From contig OZ176053.1 of assembly GCA_964247055.1 (NCBI GenBank), forward strand, positions 2,542,001 to 2,606,000: a stretch of DNA of 64,000 nt, read 5' to 3'. The notes under the pieces were generated by a model. That model was given only the letters and a program-made list of their open reading frames with translations, was not told where the DNA came from and did no database searches. This stretch comes from Paragordius varius. Its lineage: Eukaryota; Animalia; Nematomorpha. Positions 31,094 through 43,700 of the stretch are shown here, in pieces (within the stretch, counting starts at the first letter, position 1; each line of letters begins with the position of its first letter). A program made the translations under genes and the position numbers.

Positions 31094-34000
31094 TAAGGTG
31101 ACCAGACGTCCCGCTTTTTCACACTTTGTCCCGCGTCCCACTACGTTTTTAAAATGTCCCGCTTTTTCACGATTATTAAAAAATTTTTTTTAATACAAAT
31201 AAATTTTTTTATCCGTTTATATTTTTTATCATTAAATATCTTTAAAATCTCTCTAGATTAAAAGACAAATTAATACCGCAAATCGCTAGCTTACACGTTT
31301 ATTTCAGAAAATTAAGGTAATATAATATTTACTATGCTAATATTTTAGTTTTATTACTTGCTAACATATCAAAAAGCCAAATTAATACCACAAATCGGTA
31401 GCTTAAAAGACAAATTGATACCACAAATCGGTACCTTACACGTTTATTCCAGAAAATTAAGGTAATATAATATTTATTATACTAATATATTAGTATTATT
31501 ACTTGCCAACATTATTAAAAAGCCAAATTAATACCAATCGGTACCTTACACGTTTATTCCAGAAAATTAAAATAATATAATATTTATTATACTAATAGTA
31601 GTTTATAAATATGAGCACAAAAGGAGGGTGTAAATTCAACGATGAATTAATGAAAGATTTTCCTTTTATCAAAAAAACGAAGAATGAATCATCTGTTAAA
31701 TGTCTTATATGCGAGGGGGAATTCACCCTAGCACATGGCAGCAAGCATGATATTACAAAGCATATGGAAACACAGAAACATAAAAAATGTTTAGATATGG
31801 GGGCATCATCTTACAAAATGAGCGATTTTTTTCGAAAAACCGCTTTTGGAGAGGAAGAAAAGAATTTGGCACTAGCTGAGGGCGTGTTATCTTTTCACGC
31901 CGTTAATTACAATCATTCCTTTAGATCTATGGACTGTACCTCATACGTTATTCGCACGTTATTTCATAAAAAATTTACATGTGTCCGTACAAAGGCTGAA
32001 GCCATTGTGAGCAATGTCCTTTCGCCACATGCATTTTCTGAAATACAAAAAGATTTGCTAAAAATTTTATTATCCCTATACTTTGATGCATCTCACAAAA
32101 AATTTTTCCCACTTTAATAAGATATTTTGATCCAGAAACTGGAGTAATTAAAATTTTAGATTTTATTTCGCTACCCGGTGTAAATTCCGACATAAGTTTT
32201 ACTTCAATAAGGAATATTTTAGAAAATAATAAAAAGGCGAAATCATCGCATATTGCGCTGATACCATTGAACTTCGGTGGAAAAGCAAGGAGGGGAACAA
32301 AATATATTTTTCATAAATTACAGATAATCTTAATCAAAACATTATTGGCGTTGGGTGTGCAGCGCATTTACACAACGCTATTCAAACAGCTACTGATTTG
32401 TTACCCCTAGATGTGGAAAATTTAGTTATCAAAATATATATCTTTTTTATATATACACGGTACGCGTTGAAACGCTTAAGGAATTCTGTGAAAATGCAGA
32501 AGTTCAATATCAAAAAATGCTTGGATATTGTAAAACTCGTTGGTTAGCTCTTCTGCCAGCTATCGAAAGAATTTTAAAAATGTATGATCCTTTAATATCC
32601 TATTTTTTATCACAGGACAAATGTCTACAACTTAGGAAAAGTTTTTTAAAAGTGATTCTTCAAAAATATGGTTAGAATTCTTACATAATCAAGCTTCTCT
32701 CTTTCAAAATGTTATTAAATTTATAGAAGGTGACAAAATTTCGGCAATCGAAGTAGCCAATGAAGTTAGTAACCTAAAATCCAATGTCAAGAACGGTTAG
32801 AAAATAATTTTATACTATCCATCCGCAATATAATAAATAATTAGAAAAACAAGGCTTAATAAATCGCCAAGATATCCTGTACCATATAAAAATGTTTTAT
32901 ACAGACTGTAAAGATTATTTGGAAGACTGGACGACGCAATTCAATGATATTGATCATTTTTATTGGATAACATTAAAACCAGAATTTAATTGGTGCGATG
33001 TTCAAAAATCATTTGATTATATCTGTTCCTAAAAATTCTTAGTTAAAAGATATATTAATAATGAAAATGGACAAAAAAATATATAGTAGAAAAAAAATGG
33101 TTGGAAATATTTCATCATTTTGAAGCCAACTATATTACATACAATAATATTTAAAAAATTGTGGAATTTTCACTATCTTTACCTGGAACCAACGCTGCTA
33201 CTGAGCGCGTTTTTTCCACGGTAAATCAGGTGTGCACATCGGAAAAATCAAATTTAAATGTTGAACCTTTAAAGGTTTTATCTGTCAAATATAATTTGAC
33301 AAATTCTTGTGAAGACTTCTACAATATTTTAAAAAATGATGACGCTAAAACGCATTCACTTAAACAAAAAATATACCAAAGAATAAAATATATTTCTTAT
33401 ATTTATAAAGTTTTTATGTTAAAAAATAAACAAAATTACTTAAAATATTGTATAAGTCTTCATAATTTGTCAAATTATATTTCAACACATAAAATGGCAC
33501 TTATTCAACATTTAAATTTGATTTTCCTTACTTAATTTACTGTGAAAAAGCGCGTTCAATAGCCAAATTCTACAATTAAAATATTATTGTATGTGTTTAA
33601 AAATGATTATTTTAACCATTTCTATCCTACGTATTTTTTTCTATTGTCCATAATATAAGTTTTCATTTAATATATTTATTTAATAATGAGACTTTATAAA
33701 AAAGTGTCATTGTGCACCGTCTTGTCTTCCAAATAATCGTTTCTGTTTGTATAAAACATTTTTATATTCTGGCTATTCATTGAGCCTTGTTTTTCTGGAT
33801 GCTTTATAATATTGCGATTAGGTAATGGTATAAAATTATTTTTTAACCTTTTTTGACTTGGAATTTTGACCTTTGTCCTGTGATAAAAAATAGGATTGTA
33901 GGAGATCACATTTTTTATAAATATTTCAATCGCTGGCAAAAGAGCTAACCAACAGTTCTACAATATCCAAGCATTTTAACTCTATATTTTCCACATCCAG

Positions 34001-34376
34001 GGGTGACAAATCAGTAGCTGTTTGAATAGCGTTGTGTATCTGACAATAATGTTTTGATTAAGATAATTCGTAAATTGTTAAAAATATTTTTTGTGCCGCT
34101 TCTTGCATTACCCAGCGCACTTTGTGCTGATTTCGTCTTTATTTTTTCTAGAATATTACAATCACTTCACCCTTTGTTCGTGCACTAAATTTATTGAATA
34201 AGGTACAAACAACCTGTAAGGTACAAATTTTTTAATATTTATAATGTATTTGTGTTAAAGATAAATAAATATTACAATAAATTTTTTGTATAAAAATTTT
34301 TGGTTGTACCCCCCAATGACCCCCCCTTCTCAGATGATTTGTCCCGCTTTTTCCTTCAAAAAATCTGGTCACCTTA
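31094..34376 (+). mobile_element. hAT transposon (Tip100-like ends), 3283 bp
   Basis: Perfect 13-bp TIR TAAGGTGACCAGA, perfect 8-bp TSD ACCATAAG (31086-31093; 34377-34384), subterminal GTCCCG repeats, and about three 110-145 bp internal repeats at 31260-31600. Confidence 0.95.
31611..33400 (+). pseudogene. Frameshifted hAT transposase
   Basis: N-terminal BED-like Zn finger (KCLIC...HMETQKH), then FDAS, TRWLALLPAIER-like coding near 32535, and a C-terminal hAT dimerisation motif SLPGTNAATERVFS (ORF 33161..33535). Broken into several frames. Confidence 0.9.
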
Positions 34377-34418
34377 ACCATAAGTATATTTTGCTATTTT
34401 AATAAAAGAAATAATTAA

Positions 34419-35518
34419 CACTGGACAACAAATTTTTCTGCCACTCGAGTTTTTAGAATTTTCTGATATTTATTATCATTTTAACAGTAAATCTGAAATA
34501 AAAATTATAACTCGTTGGAAGAATTTGTATAATTTGATTTTTTTGATTATGCGCCCTCTTTATCCTAAAAAATATTTTTCTTTAAAAATATACAAGTAAT
34601 GCCCATTTGTAATATATCATTCGAAAGAGTAATAAAAACTCTATAAAATGCATACTAATATGTATTACATCGACAGTTAACATTGGACACAAAGAGCGAC
34701 AAACGCGCGAAGCGAGAGCATTTTTTTTAATTATTATATTTTTAAAACTAATGGATGAAAATAGCTCAAACTTTGTTTAGATGGTGATGAATGTCCAAAA
34801 AAGATAACACAATAAAGTTTTTTTGATTAAAACATTTTTTTATTGCTTTTATGTCACTCAAAACAGCCATTTTTAAGTTTTTTGTTTTTTAAAATTACCA
34901 TCTCATCAATATTAATTTATTATCTTTACGAAGCTGATAATATCAAAATTTTAAAGATAAAAACAAAGTTAAAGGTATTTTTGATCTTTTATAGCCATTA
35001 TGTAATAAATTTACAGTTATAACTATGCATTTTAGTATCCACTAGGTAAAATATTTATGATATAATAATTTTTATTGAAAAAGCAAACCAAAAGCTTTTT
35101 CAAACATTTATTTTAAATTAAATACTAATATAACCCTAATAATTATATTAAAATAATTTATATTTTCAAATTATGTCTGTAAAAATTATTGACTTATTTA
35201 AGAATTGAAAATTTCGACCATATAAATCCAAATAACTTTTACATCCGATTGATTTAATGACTTACTACCATTTAAAAGATGCAGTTTTTTGCGCTCTTTC
35301 GAATGATATAAAATACATGGCTTCATATCTAAAACTTTTAATTTTCGAAATTTCGAGTTTATTGTTAATCGAGGCCAAAAATTATCGATAAACTCTAATA
35401 TAAAAAAAAATTCTTCCATGCTAGACCAATTTTCTTTTCAAATATACTAATTATGTACTTTAATGAAATAAATTTTAAATTAACAAGAATGGCAGTAGTT
35501 AAAATTTGTTGTCTAGTG
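34419..35518. mobile_element. Non-autonomous CACTA/CMC-like TIR element (1100 bp)
   Basis: 18-bp TIR CACT(G/A)GACAACAAATTTT with one mismatch and a 3-bp TSD TAA (34416-18; 35519-21). A second copy lies at ~740-1427. The superfamily is inferred from the termini only. Confidence 0.75.
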
Positions 35519-35862
35519 TAATCAACTGAATTTTTGACACTTTAATATTTAATGATACATTTGCTATATAAGCAAATCCAATTATTTGGTAAATCTAGGA
35601 AATAATTAAGTCTTTTGTATCTTCAATGATAATATATGAAAGCTAAAAAGAATATTTTTACTGAGACAATTTATTGAATGTGTTTCAAAAAAGTTAATTC
35701 ATATGTCTAGCCTGTTATCCGTAATCTATAAGTAAGTAGAAAATACGGTAATTATAACAAGAACAGACTTAAGGAGCAAAAAATAGGTGAGGCCACTTAA
35801 CCTTATTAATGAGATTTTTAAATTTTGTTCTAAGATTAAATAAAAGTAAAAGTTAGCATTGA

Positions 35863-35911
<49 letters not shown>

Positions 35912-36083
35912 TATTAAAACCGTTAAATTCCAAAAATTTTAAAATCGACCTAAAGCGCATTTCCCAAAGTGTTAAAAGCATATTGAATCTGATAAATGTA
36001 TATTAAAATTAAACCATAAAACATAATAAATATTTATTTTTAATTCATATTAAATACAGTATTAATAGTAACAAATATCATGT

Positions 36084-39000
36084 TTAAATGGCAATGTATG
36101 TATCAGGAGTGTTTTCGCTAACATCACTTTGTGTGGGCGAGATAAAATATCCTGTAATATTGGAAGATTTTTGAGTTTCATCTTTTTCACTAGTACCTAT
36201 ATATATTTACAATAAAAATTAAAAATATAAAGAAAACATAATAACAAAAAAGATAAAATAATTCTAATCATACTCCAAACCTTTATAAACAACCGAAATT
36301 ACAATTCAAATGTATAATTAATTAAAGGTATTATATATTTACATTTTTTACTTTATTTTTCGCATGCCGCAACGATAAAAATTAAAAAGTGTTTGACTGT
36401 CTTTCTTTTAATGAACCCTTATAATTTTAACGTTTTGTCCTTTTAATTTTAATTAATTTTTACTGTAATAATTTATTTAAAAGATTAATTCAATAAAACG
36501 ATCATCTAGCATTTTTCTGAGCATATATTCATATTGTTATACTTATTGTAGTGGTATCATTAGTTTCATTCTTGAGAGGTGTAGATAATAATGTTGTTGA
36601 CGATTTAAAGAGTTCCTCGCTTGAGTATAAATAATCGTTGGAGCTTGTATCCATTTGAAATGGGGGAATGCTCAAATCGGGTAGACTATCAATGTGCATT
36701 TTCAAATCTTTGCGCAAACCATTCAATAAACTGAGTGATTCCTTAGCGCCCTATTAAAAAATCATGTAAAGATATATAGGGTTAGAAATATGTATTAATA
36801 TACAACGAATCTTCAATTAACCCTTTCTCATTTTCAATAAAAAATTTGAAAAAACTCGTAATTATTATCGTTCGAATTTGTAAACTAATATGGACCGCTT
36901 TATAAAGACCCAATAATATTAAAAAAATGAAATTATCATTTCTCATAAGCCCTGGGATGATATTAATATTAGATTATTATTCAACAAAAATTAAATAAAT
37001 TTTCCTTAATTTTAGTTAATTTTTTAAAATATATCTGTAAAAAAGGAGGTCATTATGGCGACATAGGCTAAGAATAATGTCCAATATATTAAAACTAAAA
37101 TAGTTTATTGGAAAAAATACTTAGAGAAAATAAAAAAACCTTCATGTGTTGTTCAGTTTGTGCCAATGTTTCAGTTTGTTGTTTAATATATGAGGTGAAC
37201 AGGTTAGCTACCAATTTTCGCGCAACTAATTCCTGATCTAAACGTAAATTGTATTCATTAAGTAGGGTTAGAGCTTTTTCAATTTCCCTTCCCACTTCCT
37301 TTAATTCTTCAGGATCTATGCGAGCATATACATTAAATTAGTATTTTTACAATAATAATTCCAAGGACAAAACGTAAAAATTAATTGGATACAACAAAAA
37401 TATATAATTAATGTTACCATTTCACACATATTAATATTTCATAACCGAAAATGATAAGTAATAATTATACGTAAAAAAATCAAATACTTTTGTTTTGTAA
37501 TAAAAAAAAATTTTGCTATATTTGACCGATAGTCTATGGAACATTATACCATTTTCAGTCAAAAGCAACATTTTTCAACCAATTACACCATTTTTTCAAG
37601 CAAAGACAACTGAAAAAATTCCGGGTTTGCTTGAGTTGCGTTTGTTTGGAAAAATGTTGCATTTGGTTGAAAAAATGTTATAGATCTTACATTATAGAAT
37701 CATTCAACATTATAAAATTTTGACAATTTATGATTTAAAAATGGAGACAAACGTTTCTTTTTTTTCATACCTTTAACCTTATCAAGTATATCAATGTCTG
37801 TTATTCTGTTGGGTAATTTGGAAATACTTTCACGCGTTTCTGCATCAGTCGATGGGGCACAATCTAATTCTTGCAATTTTTCAATGAACGCTTTAATCTA
37901 TAAAAAGAAAGATAAGTTTTAAACACAAAAAGTTACATTAATTTTCCCTGTTGATTCTTCTAGCAAAATAGATGGTATTTGTTCATCTCCACTCAAGTTT
38001 TCATCCTCATTATCCGATTGATCATCTAAAACAATTGTGTCGCTTTTTTCATTATTGTTAGATGTGGTGGATGGTGTAAATTTTACAGTTTTATTTTCTT
38101 TGCCAACTATATATATGCATGTGTGTGTGATACATTGTTATATTTAAAATTTAACAAAAGGTCGTGTTTTAAAAAAACTATTATAGTCTAAATGTGTATT
38201 TTTTGGAAGTAGACCATACCATTTAATTAAATTTATATTTACAGTCTCTACTAATTTAGGAAGCTGCGTTCGGAATTATAGGCGGCTTTTGAAGAATGTA
38301 ATATTTACCATTTTATTTTGTACGATTAGTTATGAAAATTATGTCGCATGTGTTTTGTATTTGATAATACTAGATTACAATAATTTGTAATAATTTCCAC
38401 ATATAAGATTTTTATTTCTTTTTGATGTATTATAATAGATTATATTGCGACTCGCCAATTCCAAATAATTAAAGTTATGTTATGCAAAAGTTTGACCAAT
38501 CCTTATCTATATAATTTAGATGGGGGAGTCTAAAGTTCGTTATTAACAATATAATACGCTAATAATATTGGCTATATATGTAAAAATTTATATTCCCAAA
38601 AAACTGTTGACGTCAACAATGACAATTTATGATCTTAATTTATAAAAAATCATTCATTTAAGTGTTAGAAGTCGCATTTATCATTTTTACTATATTACAA
38701 CAAAATGTTAAAAGATACCCCCCAAATCCAAAATGCTATCCAATTGATCAACAAAATCAATGGAGTACACACTTCGTTCCCGCCAAACTTCAAATATTCT
38801 TCTGATTTTTTTGATATCCTCCGCTGTTATTGTTCTACAGGTTAGTCAATACATTTCAACTTAATTATGTTTGATATTGCAATCGGTAAAATAATTTTAA
38901 ATTCTTTCAAAAAATCTGGTGCTTTTTTCTTTCCATTTTGTATGATATCGTTTGCTAGATACAGCAAAGTTATTTTCCTTTTAACTTTAGCTAAACAAAT

Positions 39001-39166
39001 ATTAATGCATTATACCATGATACAATTCTCGGTGCCAAATTTGAACTATAAGCCGCGCATGTTTTCTGTGATGCAAAATCCATAGAGATAAAGTTTGAAT
39101 GCTTTGAAGACTTGAGTTAACTTCCTTTAGCTTTTTTTCCAAATTTGATTCACTAAACCGAGACAT
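36084..39166 (-). CDS. RPRD1B: Regulation of nuclear pre-mRNA domain-containing protein (RPRD1A/B, CID domain), ~396 aa
   Basis: Exons 39166-39016, 38990-38861, 38834-38719, 38106-37937, 37897-37771, 37315-37140, 36750-36543 and 36196-36084 join in frame. MSRFSESNLEKKL...IQTLSLWILHHRKHA...LLYLANDIIQN...VWRERSVY, with C-terminal HIDSLPDLS. The last exon is tentative. Confidence 0.9.
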
Positions 39167-39224
39167 TTACAATTTATTTTATTAATAAAGCATGTTTTTA
39201 TCTTTCAAGCAAGTTCGGTAACAT

Positions 39225-40653
39225 ATGAATTTGTTTAAATTACCCTCATCTCGATTTTTTAGCTTAACCACCAAAATATTAAGTTTTTTATGTCGGTTTT
39301 TAATTTGCAGATAAACGATTTACTAAAGAACATGAATGGGTTGATATTAATTCAACAAAAACGGAAGGAATCGTAGGGATAACGGACCATGCACAAGTTT
39401 GTTTCAATATTTATATGTCTTAGAAAGCTTTAGGAGAAATTGTTTACATCGAACTACCTGATGTTGGACGTGCTTTAAAAAAAGGAGGTTTAATTTTTTT
39501 TCCAATTCACGAAACAATATATTTTAGGAATGATACGTAATCATTGCCAAAAGTAATTGGGTTAGTTAAAAAAATACTGTCTTTCAAATTTTAAAAGAGT
39601 TAAGTGAAATAAAAAATACAGATCTGGGATCAATTTTGCATTGATTTTTTTATTGTATTTGGGAGTATTTTATACTTATGACGCAAACCTTAATTATTTT
39701 CAATATTATATTCTTTCAATAATTAAATCGCAAAAAATATCGAATATAATTCTTTACAAGAAAATGGGTGGCCAAGCATAAAATTATTCAAAATAAATTT
39801 ATATACATTTTTAATCTCCTTGTGATCAATTATAAAGTATAAAATGGTTTTGAAAAAAAACTTTATTGACAATATTATACCAAAATTAGAAACTATTTTA
39901 GGTCCTCATAAAGTTGTTCAAATTAGAAATCCATTTATTATTTTTAACGTGAATATGATTGTATTAAAAATAATTTAATTTTTGCCTTTTTTTTGTGGAA
40001 AAAAAAGCTTAAAAGTTTTTTTATTAGCATGCAAATATTTCAACTTAATAATAAATTTTTGAAAGTATTTTTAAACTTAAACTACAATTATTTAAAAAGA
40101 CTAACTGGTTATTTTGGAGTATGGAACCGGAATAATTATGCAAATATTACCTGGATTGGTTTCAAAATTGAAAAAAAACTTGGGTGGTTATTCATGATTA
40201 ATAGTTTCAACCCGTTAAAACCGATTTCTCACAATTAAAAATTGCTTTATTAACTGTTGAAACCCTCTGATTGATTGTCATATAAAATTCTGAAATAACA
40301 GTATATAGGTATCTGAAAAAAATTTTTTTTCAACATTTAACATTGTTTTTCTTCCAAATTTTAGTCCAATAAATTGTTTTTGATATCGTTCACCCTGTGT
40401 TTTGATAATAAATTAATTATTCTTTTTAGATCAATGCGGGGCACTCGAAAGCGTAAAAGCTGCAAGTGAAATATATTCTCCACTTACGGGAAAAATTTTA
40501 CATAAAAACGATGCCATTGAAACAAACCCATCCACCATAAATCAATCGGCAATGGATAAGGGTTGGCTTTTTCGGATGACCATTGAAAAAATGGCTGAAA
40601 TCGATGAGTTAATGGATGAACAACAATATAATACATACCTGAAATCAAAATAA
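39225..40653 (+). CDS. GCSH: Glycine cleavage system H protein, mitochondrial, ~143 aa
   Basis: Exons 39225-39282, 39311-39396, 39424-39487 and 40430-40653. RFTKEHEWV...GITDHAQKALGEIVYIELP...CGALESVKAASEIYSPLTG with the lipoyl Lys. The start codon is the least certain part. Confidence 0.92.
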
Positions 40654-40767
40654 TTCCCCCTCTAAAAAACAAATTCTTGTCAAAAAAAACAAAATTTATT
40701 TATTCCACACAGATAGACAGAGGAGCTTATGATATATTAAATGTATATTAGCAAAACCATTTTTTTT

Positions 40768-43700
40768 TCACATTTTGTAATCTTGCATTTTTCGTTCCAT
40801 AATCTTGATACAGGGACCGAGTAAGCGCTCAAAAGCTTGAATATCTAATGCTACAGTGAATATTGAAAAATTGGAATTTATACTGTCTAACATACATATC
40901 TATATATAGAAAATTATGCAATATTAACCACTTTTTCTTATTCGGTGATCAATTTACTTATTATTTTATTAATTATAAACAATACTAATAAATCTTAATC
41001 ATTTGTATAGTCTTGCGAAAATAAATTTAGGGATTGGAAATTTGTAACTATTGTGTCGTTTAATATAAAAATCTATATCAGAATAATATATAATTCTAAA
41101 TGACAATTTATATTACTTCGATAAATGCTCCGATAAGGTCTAATATCTATTTTAGCCTTTCCTACGAAAAAAGGACAAATTATTATTTTGACATTTTTTA
41201 GGTATCCTAAGAGTTTTGAATCCTACTCCTAAGAATAATTAAGAAGACAAGCATAAAAAAGTAGTCCCTGGGCGCATGACCAAGAATATAGCTAGATAAC
41301 CCATTAGAAAACGTTAAATATTTTTATATAAAAAGGATATTAAGGCAAAATTATAAGCGTGTACTTGACAATTAACTTCTTGGGTTAAATACTTATCTAT
41401 ATCATACCACTAACAATTTTATAAAAAAGGACATTTATAAAATAATATAAAAATTGTTTGGTTTATACGCGGAGATTATGACAAAGCCTTATTTTTAGTG
41501 TCTCTGGAAAAAAGGTCTAACCTTTTTTAAATGACTTCCTTTAAAAATCGTGCCTTTGAGTAATTTCCGCGGATAAATTAGGGCTGAAAGGATTGAATAA
41601 TGATCCGCGCTTTAAAAAGTTGTCCGATTTCGAAAATTTGGCCCAATCTTAACAATTTCGTATTTATGTTGAGCCTTTTTATTAAAAGAAACCGATTGTT
41701 TAAGTGCATCCGACAAAAGAATAATTTTTTTTTAGAAAAATCAGTAATCATTTATTATTAACTAAAGGTATTTATTATAATCCATAAATATGCCGTCATA
41801 GAAATTTTTCAAATTTGTTTTTATCAACCAAACGTCCTATAAACAGCTAAATGCAAACATGCGGATCTGTCGCATAATTATATTATAATAATGTATACGA
41901 CTCCTGAAGACTTCAAAATACTGTATTTTTACACAAAGGTAAAGATTTTTCGAAAATCTTTGTGCCTTTTAAAATCGAATAAAGAAACGTTTGAAAATAT
42001 CGCGTTATTGAAATAAATATTATTAAGATATGTAACCTATTTTTTTAAAAAACCTTGAGTTTTATATTTAAAATGCGAAAGACGATATATAATTTTATAT
42101 ACTAATTGATATATAAGTCTATCTATGATATAAGCTCCAAAACTTTGGGCAGCTTTTCAAGACAAATCAAATTTTATCAAATAATGAAATGGTCAGCAAG
42201 TTAAATCATTTTTTGAATGGTTACTGAATCGTACTTTATTATTCCATTTAAAAAAACTGTTGAAGAGGCTCCTATTTATATTTTATTACGGTTAGTTTAA
42301 AGTTTATGAGAGGCCGAACATTTTTACAACCAATAAACAACCTCTAATGAGTTGTTTTTAATTGAATAAAAGACAAAATTTAACCTTAAAAAAGTGTCAT
42401 GAATATATTAAATAAGATATATAAAAACTAATTAGATACATTGGCCAAAAAATGGACAATGAAAAACTCATTTGAACCTAAGAATGATTAATTTATAGTG
42501 TTGGTATAGTTTTGTTGTATTTTATTAAAACAAAAATTGACAAGTTGATTGTCAAATATAGTTTTTACTTATTGAAAACTATTTTGGTTAAAACGCCACA
42601 TATTAATGTTTAAATTTATAAGCAATTATTACCTGCCAATTTTACGGGTCCATTAGCGTAAGCCGACGCTGAACGAGGTTTATGCATAAGTAGAGCCAAT
42701 TCTAAAAAAAGACAAATAATTATTAGCAAAAATACCTCCAAAATAATCGCCTTTTCTTTTAAATGCCACAAAATTTTCAACCTAAAACATAATATTAATT
42801 TAATATTATAGTACCCCATCCCGATTGATTACAATTTTAACAACTCCAGATTCAACAATGTACATTTTATCGCCAAATTCACCCTGTACAGATTAAAAAA
42901 AAACGTAATTGGTAAGGAAATATTTATATAATTTCACCGTAAAATCGAAATTTTAAACGGGAAATATTTAGGTAGTAGTGTGAATTTTAATATAGCACTC
43001 CAAAATTATAAAGACTGACAATTTTCGATATCAGCCACATTTTTAAAATGTTATGAAACGAAGTTAGTCTTTTATTTATGCGCCTTGTCCATAACTGGTT
43101 ATTCCCCATAAATTTAATTATTTTAGATGGTCTACGAACCTCAAATCCAGGGGTTTCCAACACCAACGGCTTCGCGGGCCTCATTCGAAATACATATATT
43201 CGCCTTCGTAACTATTTTATTAGATAAAAACATTGATCTTTCCTAAACAAATTTTTGGAATAAGTCTATCTGGCAATAAACAAGAAAAATTTGTTATATT
43301 TTTATTTTTTGATTTTTGCCTAACTTCTGTATATAAAACACGCATCTAAGGGCGTACTTTTTTGTATACTAGGATGTTTTAGCCACAATCGGGGTTAGGG
43401 TGAGAGACTTTAGGATATAACAAAGAATATAATTACAAACCTGATGGATTACAATTTCACCATCTTCATAATAGAAGGGAATAATAGCGTCGCAAACATG
43501 CATTCTTTCAAAATCCTAATTAAAATAATTTAATTTAATAAATTTATAAATAAAAATTAAGTCACAAAGTCCAAAAAATAATTTTTTACAGTTAAATTGG
43601 CAAAGAGGGGAACGTTCCGCAAAAAATCTTCGTATAATTTCCGTTTCTTATAGGCACTTAACAGCACTGTGCTTCTGAATGTGCATCTATCCTGAAAAGC

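Noticed and set aside
37568-37680. Small ~110-bp imperfect palindrome in an RPRD1B intron
   Set aside because: It is probably a decayed MITE; no TSD or second copy was identified.
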